In this document: positions 13,445-27,092 of the stretch, in pieces | Layout of the letters: each line of letters opens with the position of its first letter | How positions within the stretch are numbered: position 1 is the first letter of the stretch | Source: Ranitomeya imitator | Taxonomy: Eukaryota | Assembly (NCBI RefSeq): GCF_032444005.1 | Contig: NC_091285.1 | Coordinates: 60,512,001-60,576,000, forward strand | DNA length: 64,000 nucleotides | Reading direction: 5' to 3' | Notes under the pieces: generated by a model | The model's input: the letters and a program-made list of their open reading frames with translations, nothing else | The model's database searches: none | What the model was told of the DNA's origin: nothing | Translations under genes and position numbers: made by a program

Positions 13445-14614
13445 CTAAGCTTGTATATGATCACCCAAATAATTTTTATATGTCCTCACATTATCTCTGC
13501 ATTAAATAAAAATTTGGAAAATATTTTCTCCATGTCATAATCTATCTCTTGGATGTCTATTCCTTCTTCTTATACAGTTACAGTTTATTAGCATTGAGTC
13601 TACATATTTATGTTACTTTTTTATTCCATTTAATTGTCCATTCTCCGCTCTACATCATGACCCCTGTCTTCCTTATCTTCTTTGTGTTCCTCATCAGTAA
13701 CATTGCAATATAGCCCATATTGTATCCCTACAGCCATACCTATGTGTGTTGATTGGTCCAGATCCTCCATCTATCTCACCATACTTTGTAGCTCTGTTGG
13801 ATAACAAACAATCTCACTTCAATCTTAGCTGTTTCTCCTCGATGTCTCCAATTTAAAGCAACAGTAGACAACACAATGAGCTAAATATACTGCCACATGT
13901 CCTTTCTGTCTTTCCAGTTTCTAAGTCACACTCGATTCTGCCATTTATACATTTAAGGCCTAAATGTTAAACATGGGGCTTTTTGCTTATTGTTTTTACT
14001 ATTGACCTTTGCCTTTAGGATAGTGGCTTTTTTTAATGTATAGGTATAACCTTAAACTCTATACTTTTGCTATCAGTTTGCACATTTGACCCAAAGAAGG
14101 GGTTGCACGTTGAAAATCATGATTTGTATTTGTCCACCTGCAAATAAGAAATTAATGTTGAATTACATCTATCTGCTGAGGCTCACCTGCGTTCAATCCA
14201 AGGGGAAATTGATGCCAGCACTGATTGGGCAGCGGGCACCACGTATCATACAACCGCACAAGAGCCCCGGGACCGAGATTGCCGAAAATGCTGGAACAGC
14301 ACCAGTATGGGAGGTGAGTATAAGCTTTTTTATTTTATCAGGGCCAACCATTTAGATCAAGAAGTTCTAGTAGTAGATAACCTCTTTAATATCAGGACCA
14401 GCATTGTGTTGCCTCATACAACAGGTTTTCCTTTTTCTATTGAAAAATATATAGTACAGACCAAAAGTTTGCACACACCTTCTCATTTAAAGATTTTTCT
14501 GTATTTTCATGACTATGAAAATTGTAAATTCACACTGAAGGCATCAAAACTACGAATTAACACATGTGGAATTATATACTTAACAAGAAAGTGTGAAACA
14601 ACGGAAAAAATATC

Positions 14615-17600
14615 TTATATTCTAGGTTCTTCAAAGTAGCCACCTTTTGCTTTGATGACTGCTTTGCACACTCTTGGCATTCTCTTGATGAGATTCAAAA
14701 GGTAGTCACCAGAAATGGTCTTCCAACAATCTTGAAGGAGCTCACAGAGATGCTTAGCACTTGCTGGCCCTTTTGCCTTCACTTTGCGGTCCAGCTCACC
14801 CCAAACCATCTTGATTGGGTTCAGGTCTGGTGACTGAGGAGGCGAGGTCATCTGGCGTAGCACCCCATCATTCTCCTTCTTGGGCAAATAGCCCTTACTA
14901 GGGTTGAGCGAAACAGATCGGCCAATTTCAAAAGTCGCCGACTTTTGGCAAAGTCGGGTTTCGTGAAACCCGACCTGATCTCACTGTGGGATCGGGTCGG
15001 CGGTCGGAGATCTTCGCTCCAAAGTCGGGTTTCATTTTATATATATATATATATATATATGTCATTGAGACACATATATATATATTTATATTTACTTCAG
15101 TGCGATAAAGCAGAAAAGCCGATAATTCAATTGCCGGCTTTTCATTTCTCCTGCCTAAACCCGACATGATATGAGACATGGTTTACATACAGTACAACCA
15201 TGTCATATCCCCCTTTTTTTGCATATTTCACACTACTAATGTTAGTAGTGTGTATGTGCAAAATTTCGGCGCTGTAGCTATTAAATTTAAGCTTTAAATC
15301 GCGGAAAAAATTGGCGTGGGCTCCCGCGCAATTTTCTCCGCCAGAGTGGTAAAGCCAGTGGCTGAGGGCAGATATTAATAGCCTGGAGAGGGTCCACGGT
15401 TATTGGCCCCCCCCTGGCTAAAAACATCTGCCCCCAGCCACCCCAGAAAAGGCACATCTGGAAGATGCGCCTGTTCTGGCACTTGGCCACTTTCTTCCCA
15501 TTCCCGTGTAGCGGTGGGATATGGGGTAATGAAGGGTTAATGTCACCTTGCTATTGTAACGTGACATTAAGCCAGATTAATAATGGAGAGGTGTCAATTA
15601 CGACACCTATACGTTATTATTCCAATTGTATGAAATGGTTAAAAAAACACACACACAATATTGCAAAATATTTTAATGAAATAAAGACACAGGTTGTTGT
15701 AATATTTTATTACCCTCTCAATCCACCTGAAGACCCTCGAGCTGTAACAAATTAAAAATAATAAACCAACAATATCTCATACCTTCCGTCGATATGTCCC
15801 ACGCTGTAAATCCATCTGAAGGGGTTAAAATATTTTACAGGCAAGAGCTCTGCTATAATGCAGCTGTGCTCCTGCCTGTAAAACCCCAGGGAATGAAGGT
15901 AATGTAGGTCAATGACCTGTAGTTACCTTCATTCGCGGTGATGCGCCCTCTGCTGGATGTCCTCATATGACCTCGGGCCTGGGAACTTTTTCCCACGCTC
16001 CAGGTCATGTGAGGACATCCAGCAGAGGGCGCATCACCGTGACTGAAGGTAACTATAGGTCATTGACCTACATTACCTTCATTCCCTGGGGTTTTACAGG
16101 CACGAGCACAGCTGCATTATAGCAGAGCTCCTGCCTGTAAAATATTTTAACCCCTTCAGATGGATTTACATCGTGGGTCGTTACAGATCTATGGAAGGTA
16201 TGTATATTGTTGGTTTATTATTTTTAATTTGTTACAGGTTGAGGGTCTTCAGATGGATTGAGAGAGCAATAAAATATTACAACAACCTGTGTGTTTATTT
16301 CATTTAAATGCTTTGCAATATTGTGTGTGTGTGTTTTTTTCTTTAACCATTTCATACAATTGGATTAATAATGGATAGGTGTCATAATTGACGCCTCTCC
16401 ATTATTAATCTGGCTTAATGTCACCTTACAATAGCAAGGCGACATTAACCCTTCATTACCCCATATCCCACTGCTACACGGGAGTGGGAAGAGAGTGGCC
16501 AAGTGCCAGAATAGGCGCATCTTCCAGATGTGCCTTTTCTGGGGTGGCTGGGGGCAGATGTTTTTAGCCAGGGGAAGGCAATAACCGTGGACCCTCTCCA
16601 GGCTATTATTATCTGCCCTCAGTCACTGGCTTTACCACTCTGGCGGAGAAAATTGCGCGGGAGCCCACGCCAATTTTTTCCGCGATTTAACCCTCAAATT
16701 TAATAGCTACAGCACCGAAATTTTGCATATACACACTACTAACATTAGTAGTGTGGAATATGCAAAAAAAGGGGGATATGACATGGTTTACTGTATGTAA
16801 ACCATGTATCATATCATGTCGGGTTTAGGCAGGAGAAATGAAAAGCCGGCAATTGAATTATCGGCTTTTCTGCTATATCACGCTGAAGTAAATATAAAAA
16901 TATATAGATTTCCCATTGACTTACATTGGGTTTCATGTTTCGGCCAATCCCCCGACCCCGACTTTTCAAGAAGATCGGCCGATTTCACTCGACTCGACTT
17001 TTGAGAAAGTCGGGTTTAGCGAAACCCGACTCGACCTCAAAAAAGGAAAAGTCGCTCAACCCTAGCCATTACACAGCCTGAAGGTGTGTTTGGGGTCATT
17101 GTCCTGTTGAAAAAGAAATGATGGTCCAACTAAACGCAAACCGGATAGAATAGCATGCCGCTGCAAGATGCTGTGGTAGCCATGCTGGTTCAGTATGCCT
17201 TCAATTTTGAATAAATCCCCAACAGTGTCACCAGCAAAGCACCCCCAAACCATCACTCCACCTCCGCCTCCATGCTTCACGGTGGGAACCAGGCATGTAG
17301 AGTCCAACTGTTCACCTTTTCTGCGTCGCACAAAGACACGGTGGTTGGAACCAAAGATCTCAACTTTGGACTCATCAGACCAAAGCACAGATTTCCACTG
17401 GTCTAATGTCCATTTCTTGTGTTCTTTAGCCCAAACAAGTCTCTTCTGCTTGTTGCCTGTCCTTAGCAGTGGTTTCCTAGCAGCTATTTTACCACGAAGG
17501 CCTGCTGCACAAAGTCTCCTCTTAACAGTTGTTGTAGAGATGTGTCTGCTGCTAGAACTCTGCGTGGCATTGACCTGGTCTCTAATCTGAGCTGCTGTTA

Positions 17601-17844
17601 ACCTGCAATTTCTGAGGCTGGTGACTCGGATAAACTTATCCTCAGAAGCAGAGGTGACTCTTGATCTTCCTTTCCTGGGGCAGTCCTCATGTGAGCCAGT
17701 TTATTTGTAGCGTTTGATGGTTTTTGCAACTGCACTTGGGGACACTTTCAAAGTTTTCCCAATTTTTCAGACTGACTGACCTTCATTTCTTAAAGTAATG
17801 ATGGCCACTCATTTTTCTTTACTTAGCTGCTTTTTTCTTGCCAT
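14615..17844 (-). pseudogene. Tc1 DD34E transposase, split by the MITE at 14899-17064, with several stop codons
   Basis: ATG at 17844 (MARKKQLSKEK*VAII). Motifs WSDESK, VKHGGG..MVWGCF and QQDNDPKH, then PQSPDLNPI and GGYFEEPRI on the other side of the insertion. Confidence 0.9.
14899..17064. mobile_element. Non-autonomous hAT MITE with a 1.8-kb internal palindrome
   Basis: TIRs TAGGGTTGAGCG / CGCTCAACCCTA. 8-bp TSD GCCCTTAC (14891-14898) / GCCATTAC (17065-17072). Arms about 15075-15985 and 15995-16905. Confidence 0.95.
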
Positions 17845-17949
17845 AATACATATTCTAACAGTCTATTCAGTAGGGCTATCAGCTGTGTATCCACAAGACT
17901 TTTGCTCAACATAACTGATGGTCCCATCCCCATTTATAAGGTAAGAAAT

Positions 17950-19605
17950 TATTATTATTATTATTTTATTATTATTATTTTTATTTATTTATATAGCACC
18001 ATTAATTACATGGTGCTGTACATGTGAATAGGGGTAACATACAGGGTTATATATATCGTTAACAGTAAACAAATTTACAGTGACAGACTGGTACAGAGGG
18101 AAGAGGACCCTGTCCTTGCGGACTTATATTCTTCAGGATAATGGGGAAGAGACAGGAGGTTGGTGTGCTGCAGCACTGGTGGTGGTCATGGCGGCTGCTC
18201 AGGTGGTTGGTGATGTGGCGGCAGCTCAGTTGGTCGGTAGGGTTGAGCGAAACGGGTTGGCCATTTTCAGAAGTCACCGACTTTTGGCAAAGTCGGGTTT
18301 CATGAAACCCGACCCGACCCCTGTGTGGGGTCGGCCATGAGGCCGGCGATCTTCTGAATCTGGTATCGGAATTCCGATACCGAGTTCCGATATTTTTGCA
18401 ATATCAGAAATCGGTATTGGAATCCATATTTAAGTGTAAAATAAAGAATTAAAATAAAAAATATTGCTATACTCACCCTCTGACGCGCCCTGGTACTAAC
18501 CGGCAGCCTTCCATCCTTAGAATCAGCGCGTGAATGACCTTAGATGACGTCGCGACTTGTGATTGGTCGCACGACCGCCCATGTGACCGCTCACGCGACC
18601 AATCACAAGCCGCGACGTCACCGAAGGTCCTTCAAGCGCTGATTCTTAGGAAGGAAGGCTGCCGGAAAGAAGCAGGGCGCGTCCGAGGGTGAGTATATAC
18701 CTAATAGGAATATACTCACCCTCAGACATGCCCTGCTTCTTTCCGGCAGCCTTCCTTCCTAAGAATCAGCGTGGCTTGTGATTGGTCGCGTGAGAGGTCA
18801 CATGGGCGGTCGCGCGACCAATCACAAGCCGCGACGTCATCTAAGGTCCTTCACGCGCAGATTCTAAGGAAGGAAGGCTGCCGGTTAGTACCAGGGCGCG
18901 TCAGAGGGTGAGTATAGCAATATTTTTTATTTTAATTCTTTATTTTACACTTAAATATGGATCCCAGGGCCTGAAGGAGAGTTTCCTCTCCTTCAGACCC
19001 TGGGAACCATTGGAAACCCAATGCACTGCATTGGGTTTCATGTTTCGGCCGACCCCGACCCCGACTTTTTTATAGGATCGGCCGATTTCACTCGACCCAA
19101 CTTTTGAAAAAGTTGGGTTTCGTGAAACCCGACCCGATCCTATAAAAGTAAAAGTCGCACAACCCTAGTGGTCGGTGATGTGGCGGCAGCTCGGGTGATC
19201 TGTGACACAGCGGCAGCTCAGGTGGTCTGTGACATGGCGGCAGCTCGGGTGGTTGGTGATGTGGCGGCAGCTCAGATGGTTGTTGACGTGATGGCAGCTC
19301 GGGCAATTGGTGAGGCAGCAGAATGGTTATTGCAGGCTGTAGGCTTTCCTGAAGAGATGGTTTTCAGGTTCCATCTGAAGGATCCGAGGGTGGTGGAAAA
19401 ACGGACGTGTTGGGGAGTGAAATTCCAGAGGATTGGGGATATTCAGGAGAAATCTTGTAGGCGGTTGTGTGAGGAACGAATAAGTGTGGAGGAGAGTAGG
19501 AGGTCTTTGGAGGATTGAAGATTACGTGAGGGAAGATAGTGGGAGATTAGTTCAGAGATATAGGGAGGGGACAGGTTGCGGCTGGCTTTGTAGATCAGTG
19601 TTAGT
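17950..19605 (-). mobile_element. 5-prime-truncated L2-type LINE 3-prime end inserted in Tc1, itself interrupted by a hAT MITE
   Basis: (ATT)n tail at 17950-17990, translated RSSHNRLQDFS motif, same 3-prime end as 31170-31607, AAAT at both junctions, and a 30-bp minisatellite in the UTR. Confidence 0.8.
18238..19167. mobile_element. Non-autonomous hAT MITE with a nested palindromic core
   Basis: TIRs TAGGGTTGAGCG / CGCACAACCCTA. TSD TTGGTCGG (18230-18237) / GTGGTCGG (19168-19175). The first about 110 nt match the end of the autonomous copy at 10123. Confidence 0.95.
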
Positions 19606-20706
19606 AAATCCCACTTATTAAACCTGACAGGGCACACCTGTGAAATGAAAACCATTTCCAGTGACTACCTCTTGAAGCTCATCAAGAGAATGCCAAGAGT
19701 GTGCAAAGCAATCATGAAAGCAACAGGTGGATACTTTGAAGAACCTAGAATATAAGACATATTTTCAGTTGTTTCACACTTTTTTGTTAAGTATATAATT
19801 CCATATGTGTTAATTCATAGTTTTGATGCCTTCAGTGTGAATTTACAATTTTCATAGTCTTGAAAATACAGAAAAATCTTTAAATGAGAAGGTGTGTCCA
19901 AACTTTTGGTCTGTACTGTATGTCCCCTTCCAAAAGCCTCCAAGTGTATATTAGCACTTCATTATTTATTTCAAATTATTTTGTCCTAAATTCAGATTCT
20001 TTTCAGAGCTACAAATAATCAATAGGAGGACTGTAAATGAGTAAAATATTTTTCTCTCTATGCAAACATGAAACCGACACGTCAGTCAATCAAGGAAGAC
20101 ACAACGGATGTGTAAGATGTGTTGCCGTCGGCTAGTGCTATAAGTCACTTAGGACTGTATTAATGGGAGACAGCAGACCTTCCGCTCTTTCATCATTGTG
20201 ATCGATTTGAGATTGAAAACCAAGGTTGGGACTATAAGTGTGCAATAAGCCCTGAAGCAATCATTGCTTGTCGAAATGTTTGCATGGGAATTTATGGAAT
20301 ATGTCACACATATACAACTCATTTCTTCTTTAATTGAACTGATTGTGCCTTAGGTAATGCCAGATATCAATGTATAATGTTGCTGATTTCACCACACCAT
20401 TTAACACTACAGTATTAGAGGTATTTATTAATGTTACTCATAAAGCACCAATAAATTAGTCTGTGGCTCTTTACACACATTGTCACCACTCACAGTTCAT
20501 AGAAAGTCTCATAATCAAAATTCCTTATTGATATGGTTTTGGATCCAAACCTGATCCATATATGTCCTGCATGTGTTGTTCTGATCCAAGACCTCATCAC
20601 TAACCTCTAAGCCACAATCATATTTTATTCTATTACGTTGCTATCTTTTATTCATTTATTTTGTATATTTATTCCAGTTATTATTTTGCATTTAATTTAT
20701 TTTTAA

Positions 20707-21064
20707 GGCTGGGTTCCCATTGCGTTATGGGACCTCGTTAAACGGACAGCGTTGCACGGCGAAATTAACGCCGTGCAACGCGTCCGTTAACGCGCCCATT
20801 CACGCTAATGGGAACGCGTTACACTAGTGCGTGCCATGATCGGCACGCACTAGCGACGCGCCGGAGATCCCTGGCGCGCCGCGGACGCTGCTTGCAGTGT
20901 CCGAGGCGCGCCCGCGGTCCGTTCAACGCTCTCGCAGATCGGGGATCTGCGAGAGCGGGGACGTTACCGCGACCCCGAACGCGGCCCCATAAAAAACATT
21001 GCGTTAGCGCAATCCGCTAGCGCTAGCGCTAAACGGATTGCACTAACGCAATGTGACCCTAGCC
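20707..21064. mobile_element. PIF/Harbinger-type MITE
   Basis: TIRs GGCTGGGTTCCCATTGCGTT / AACGCAATGTGACCCTAGCC, TAA TSD on both sides, CpG-rich palindromic interior. Confidence 0.85.
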
Positions 21065-21246
21065 TAAGACAGATAAGCGAGCACTAAAATGCTTTGATGC
21101 TCGTTACTCAAACTGAGCAATTCCTAATGCTCGGGTGATCATTTTGAGTAATGAGTATAATGGGATTCAATGGGGAATCCAAGTTTTTTCCTGCAGACCC
21201 TACAAGGAGGTCTGGGGGGCAGCAAAAATGTTGAAATGGATAGATA

Positions 21247-21738
21247 GTGATCCTAAACACATGTCAAAATCCACAATAGACTCCCTCAAAAGGCACAAGC
21301 TGAAGGTTTTACAACGGCCCTCACAATCCAGTCCACTGATCTGAACATCATTGAAAATCTGTGGCTTGACTTCAAATTAGTAGTGCATGCAAGATGACCC
21401 AGAAATCTCACAGATCTGGAAGAATGAAAATCCCTCAAACAGGAGTTGAAAGACTCTTGGCTGGCTACAAAAAGTGTTTATAAGCTATGATACTTTCAAA
21501 AGGGGGTGCTACTAGGTACTAACCATGCAGGGTGGCCAAACTTTTGCACTGTTCCAGTTTCCTTTTTACAATTTTGAAAATGTAGAAGGTGAATATATAT
21601 TTTTTTTGCCTAATATACAAAGAAATTGTGTCATCTTTAACTTACGGCTTTTTAGAGATCATTTTATCTTCAACCTGCTTACCTGTTCACAAAAACAGTC
21701 ATTTTGACTAGAGGTGCCCAAACTTTTACATGCCACTG
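21247..21738 (+). mobile_element. Tc1 3-prime fragment
   Basis: Degenerate DSDPKH...KVLQRPSQS.DLNIIENLW. Ends AAACTTTTACATGCCACTG followed by TA. Confidence 0.8.
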
Positions 21739-21899
21739 TAGATTTGTCATTTTCTAAGAATTTCAAAAAGAATAAAAAATGACATTGTACATTCTGTCGC
21801 AAAAAAGTAAGCTACTTCATGCAACAATAACATCAGTAGTACAGGTAATGTTTTACAATGGAATTTGCTTAAAATTATTTGGTGGTGTGTTATAACTGC

Positions 21900-22560
21900 A
21901 GGTTACCTTTGGGGTTTGGTCTTGCACTAACACACGGATGCCACATTGTTTCATGATGCAGACCTAAAGCATGCTTCCAATGAAGGATTGCAAACAGCAC
22001 AATAAAATAATGAATAAGTAGATTGGTATTGAGAAAAAAACAGATATTGATACATTGTCAAATAAATGCTCCCCAAAACAACAGACAATGAGGATACAGA
22101 GATAGGAAAGCAATCAACATTTATGTCAGTGTTAACATACCAGGGCGATGAAGCGATGCTCTTCATGGGAAACATATTTCCACATGTGTGCATTCTTGTA
22201 CATAAGCCTGGGTCGTTGCTCCTCTTACTTATGGTCAAATGTTGGGATTTTTGGTTATGCAACAATATGCAAAGAATTTGTCAAGATGTCGGCGTAGCTC
22301 AACATACAAGAGCTGGAAGCGTCCTATTGTGGCTCATTGTGAGATTAGTGGATAAACCCACATTCTGCCAAGTCTTCTTGGATCCACTCTTTATGGGTAC
22401 CGTTGCCCAAACTGTTGAGACAGCACCCAGTGTAGTAGAACACGTTTGGTTGTGTTCGGGGGGAAATGGCAAAACATCATAACAGACTGTGGCAAGGAAA
22501 CCAGAAATACTGAAAATAGTGTGGGAGATATCCAACCAAAATTACGGAAGTGCTCCCAAT
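21900..22560 (-). mobile_element. Degraded L1-clade ORF2 C-terminal fragment
   Basis: Frame-broken YLPHYFQY, AHMW and ILHWK motifs in L1 order. Weak evidence. Confidence 0.4.
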
Positions 22561-23949
22561 GTGAGGCCTTGTAAAGTGGTGTTTAATAGATTTCAAACTT
22601 ATCAGGCCCTAATACTCGATTTGAGTGAAAACACATGTTCAAAATCATAAGGCATACTAATGGCATAGGATAACATACAGACGCCAGATGGATAGCGTGA
22701 TCGGAAGTAATCACATTCTCACCTTGAACATGCATTACAAATGGAATACCATATGGTTCACTCGCGCCACTCTACTGGATGAGAATGAGACCGATTTTTT
22801 TAATGCTCGTGTGACTCCAGCCTAAGGCTATAGTGATCATTAGCAGTGACTTCGGCCTATCACTGCTGTGGTCACAAGAGGGACCAGATGCTAAAACAGA
22901 ACCAGTAGAAGATGACAACCGGTAAGTATTTTATGACGCACAGGAATTGCGCATTACTGATACCACTCCAGTGGTGAAATAAAGAAGAAAACCCAGAGTG
23001 GGACTTTAATTGATGGGATGGATACAATTATTGCAGTCTATTTTATGCTGTTAAAAAATGTGCAGTTTCTCACTCTCGACATTGCATTTATTTAAAGCTG
23101 AGTTGTTGTTAAAACAGTGGGAGCCCTTAGCACAGCTGAAAGGGATCAAAAGGGTACTAATCACGCCTCGTAATTTGCTGATGCACCCAAGATAACTGCT
23201 TTTATGATGCTGATATTGCCTACACTATGTGCATAAAGTATAGAGAGGGCGAACATCTGCCGCTCTTTTCCCACACATAATGCCTTCTCGTCGTAGTCGT
23301 AATGCAAAGTGTTATATGTGTGGATAGATTTCCATCTTACTGTATTCAGAAACCATTATACTACTCTGCGGAATACAGGGGTCTGATGCGGTAAAAATCA
23401 CCGTCATTTACATGATGATTTATTTAGAAAAAAGCAGCAGGGTTCTGAAAGATTATAAGGTTCTTTTCAAAACTGAGACTTCAGCATAAATTCACTTAAC
23501 TAAACATATTAATATCGACTTCTTCTAACCCAACGAAATAATAATATAATATTACAGGACATATTAACGCAGCAGTTACTAGAATTATTGTGTCCACATT
23601 TGCTGGGGTTTGAAAAAAAATGGAAACATTACTAGGAGGAAAAATAAAACATAAAATTAGCATAGTATAAATTATCTTGTTTTGCATAGTGGATTTCTTT
23701 TTACAATAAAGTGAATGAGGTCAATTTGTTTCCATTATGCCAGGCTACTTTTATGCCATTTTTACCAGAATACAAATCTCCAGTGAACGGAACATCGAGC
23801 CAGCAAGATGTAATGGTAAACTTTGAACTAAAGGTTATTGAAAAGTGAATGTACTATGGATGATCTTGGAACTATAATATGAGCTGTAACTGTCATGCAA
23901 TATATTCATAAGGTTATTTTACTTTCTATATAGATGAAAGCACTATTTC

Positions 23950-24108
23950 AGCTGTGAGCGAATCTGCCAAATTTTGAATTTGGTAGATTCGCTCAAAATA
24001 GGCTGGGAAATTCTTTTTGTATCAAATTTATTTGATGCGACTCGAATGAACACCAATTTTCTTTTTATAAAAAAACCATTTTATCATAGCCTGAGGCATG
24101 GCAACCAC

Positions 24109-24181
<73 letters not shown>

Positions 24182-24729
24182 GGAAGGGCTCGGAAGCGAT
24201 TAAAAAAACTTAAAAAACCCTTAAAATTCTCTTAAACTCTCTGTACTTGCCTCCCCCCATTTCCTCCAGTTGCTTCCAAGGATGATCTTACATCATGATA
24301 TCAGAATGTTCATAGTAGTTTCACATGATCATATGGGTTGAGGCAGGTCAAGATGTCAGAAGCTGGAGCAAAGAGTGGAGAAGAAACAAGCACCGGAGCG
24401 AAGTACTGGTGATTAGCTGTACTAGCAGGTAAGGATCAGGGTCTAGGCAAGAAAGATTTTTTTTTTTAATCCCATTCCCTATCAATCCAGCAAAATGGTG
24501 ATGGGCTATAACACTGATACTGTAGAGCTGCTGATTCATCTAACTTCCATGGTACGGTATATTCAATGCATGTGTGTTGTGTAGCACATGGCATCAAATC
24601 CTTTGTCAGGATGACCAGGGAATACAGATATAAAATCAATTCCAAATAAATCAAAATAGTTAAGAATTTCACAAAATTTTAGGATTCAGGTGAATTTGAA
24701 TCTTTGAGAATTCACATTGCACCAATCTA
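23950..24729. mobile_element. Degenerate hAT-type MITE containing a (TA)n tract
   Basis: GTGAGCGAATCTGCCAAATT..GAATTTGG at the left and a degenerate inverted counterpart near 24690-24729. No clean TSD. Confidence 0.35.
24112..24176. repeat. (TA)n microsatellite
   Basis: About 32 uninterrupted AT/TA units. Confidence 0.99.
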
Positions 24730-24769
24730 GCAAAATGGTGGCTGGAAAAGGGTTAAAAAAGGTAATATG

Positions 24770-25347
24770 TGTCAAGAGCCCTGCTGCAGACTTACAGCAG
24801 GAGTCTGTGCACATGTTACAGAAGGACAGAGAGAGAGTAAGGAGCGCTGCGGTGATCTTACCTGCTGGAGCGCAGGACCTGAAGTACGTGACCTCCGGAG
24901 GAGTGGACGGAAGTGGGGCCAGACGCCGAGTAGCGGCGGTGACCGGCAAAGCCGGAGAGTAGTCTGAACATGCCGAGGTCAAGCTGGGAGGTCGATGAAG
25001 TGACGTAAGCATGGTCGACACATAGCAAAAAGGTTGGGGAGCTGAAGATAGCGGTGCAGTACAAACGGGGCAGACAGGAGGGAAGTTTGAGTGCCAAGCC
25101 GAAGGTTAGAGCCAGAAACAGACAATAAGCATAGATCGAGAAAACAGGCAGAGTCAAACACAAGAAAGCAAATGAACTAAACAGTATGCAAGCACACCAG
25201 GGGGCCAGACACACAGCCAAAATAGATGTATCACTGACAAGGATCCCCAGATGAAGGTGGGTAAATATAGCCCTCCCCAAACCAAAAGGAGGCTATATAA
25301 ATTAACCCCGAGAGGACAGAGAAGGAACCCTGTCCACAACCATGACA
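24770..25347. mobile_element. Probable solo LTR
   Basis: TGTCA...TGACA termini, about 580 bp, LTR-like composition. No clean 4-5 bp TSD found. Confidence 0.5.
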
Positions 25348-25409
25348 AAGTAATAACAGTGTGGAGGCTATTAAGGGGACCATACTAACAGTATGAGAGC
25401 TACTAAGGG

Positions 25410-26380
25410 GGCCCTCACACATAATGGGGGATACTAAGCGGGCCTTCAAACATAGTGGGAGTTGCTATGTGAGCCAAAATACAGCATGTGGGCCACTAAT
25501 GGGTCATGATCCAGAATGTGGCTACTGCTACTAAGGGTGACTATCATGCTGCATGGGTGCAACTAAAAGAGCAATGATACTGTATTGGGGCTATGATACA
25601 GAGTAAGGGTTACTAAGGGGACCATCATACAGTGTGGGAGCTAACAAGGGGGACCATGATACAACTTGGGGGCTACTGAAGGGGCCATGAAACAGTGATT
25701 GGGCTACAAAGGCTGCTAAAGAGGCTATGATACAGTATAAGGGTTACTAAGGCGGACCATCATACAGTGTGGGAGCTACCAAGGGGGACCATGATACAAC
25801 ATGGGGGCTACTAAAGGGGTATGATACAGTGTTGGGGCTACAAAGGGAACTCTCCAACAGAGTTAGGGATACTATTGAGGCCATAATACAAAGTGTGGGC
25901 TGTTATGGGAGCCATCTTACAGAGGGGTGGTTACTAAGATGGCTATTATAATGTATGTACTACTGTGGAGGCCATCGTACAGCTTTAGGACTACTTTGGG
26001 GGCTGTTAAACAGTGAGATGGCCATCATACAGTGTTTTTGGCTACAGTGTGATCATCATACAGTGTGGGAGCCATCAAACAGTGTGGGGGCTACTAAAGG
26101 GCCATGATACAGTGTGGTGGCTACTGAGAAGCCATTATACAGTGTGGAGACTATTGTGGGACCAGCATACTGTGTGGGGAATATTGTGGGGGCATAATGT
26201 AGTTTTGGGAGCATTATAATGTTTACATTGGAGCTGTGGGAACATTATACTGTATAGAGGGGAGCTGCAGAAACATAATACTGTGTATTGATGGCTATGG
26301 GGATCATATACTGGCTATGGGGGAGCTATGGGAACATCATACTGTGTATAGGGAGCTAAGGTGACATCATATTGTCTAAA
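25410..26380. repeat. Degenerate minisatellite of about 30-35 bp
   Basis: Repeated CTAAGGGG.CCAT.ATACAGTGTGGG variants. Confidence 0.8.
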
Positions 26381-26479
26381 GGTGAGCTGTACAGGGTGAA
26401 GCCTCAGGAGACATAATTAATGTTAAGTGGACACTTAGGGTATTGTGACTGTCAAAGGTGTAAAGAGGGGGTGCACACA

Positions 26480-26692
26480 TGGGGTATGTGAACTTTTGAT
26501 CAGTGTCATTTGGATGTTTTGGGTTGTCATTATGATTTAAAAAGGTAAAACACAATAGTTCGACAATAAATGGCTTCACCCAACCACTTACCATGAGTGG
26601 AGAAAAAGTTTTGGTGTTATCATTCGTATTCTCTGAAAAACGGCCAAGAAAGCAAAAATTCTTCAGGGGTATGAAAACGTTAGAGTTCAATT
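26480..26692. mobile_element. Tc1-type terminal repeat fragment
   Basis: GGTATGTGAACTTTTGA...GGTATGAAAACGTTAGAGTTCAATTATA, the direct-repeat pattern typical of Tc1 long TIRs. Confidence 0.55.
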
Positions 26693-27092
26693 ATATATTG
26701 TAAAAACACACACAATGAGTGAGTGAGAGAAGGAGAAGGATGTGCTCCAGAAAGAAATGCTGAAGCCATTGCTAGCTAGCAAGTGGTTGTGTTCAAGCAC
26801 TCTCAATAAAGGCTCACCACCATAGGGTTTAGAGAGGGACGTAGTGAAGCAAGATAAAAGCTCCAACATAGGCTGTAGTTGGTGATATGTGACCAAGGTG
26901 GAGGAGACTAGCCCATTGTATGATAGACTGCTGACATTAGAGGAGCACAGTGTGCACAGCAGAGTAAAGTACAGAGGCTTATTTCTGAGTTTAAAACATA
27001 CATGCACCTGAGAAAGAGAGGAGGAATGGCATCTAAAAGCATTCAGTTGATTGGCACACCGCAGGAGTCCAGAAGCTGATTCTTGATTATAA

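Larger units (their letters stand above)
14452..19918 (-). mobile_element. Tc1 element (about 1.6 kb without insertions) interrupted by a hAT-MITE and an L2 fragment
   Basis: TIRs TAGTACAGACCAAAAGTTTG (14452) and CAAACTTTTGGTCTGTACTG (19918) with TA flanks, long inverted repeats, and transposase motifs. Confidence 0.93.

Noticed and set aside
19168-19518. 116-aa ORF with VGDVAAA repeats
   Set aside because: Antisense reading of the 30-bp minisatellite in the L2 3-prime region.
23496-23687. Hydrophobic 63-aa ORF resembling a receptor fragment
   Set aside because: Short, AT-rich, no GPCR motifs, no supporting exons.
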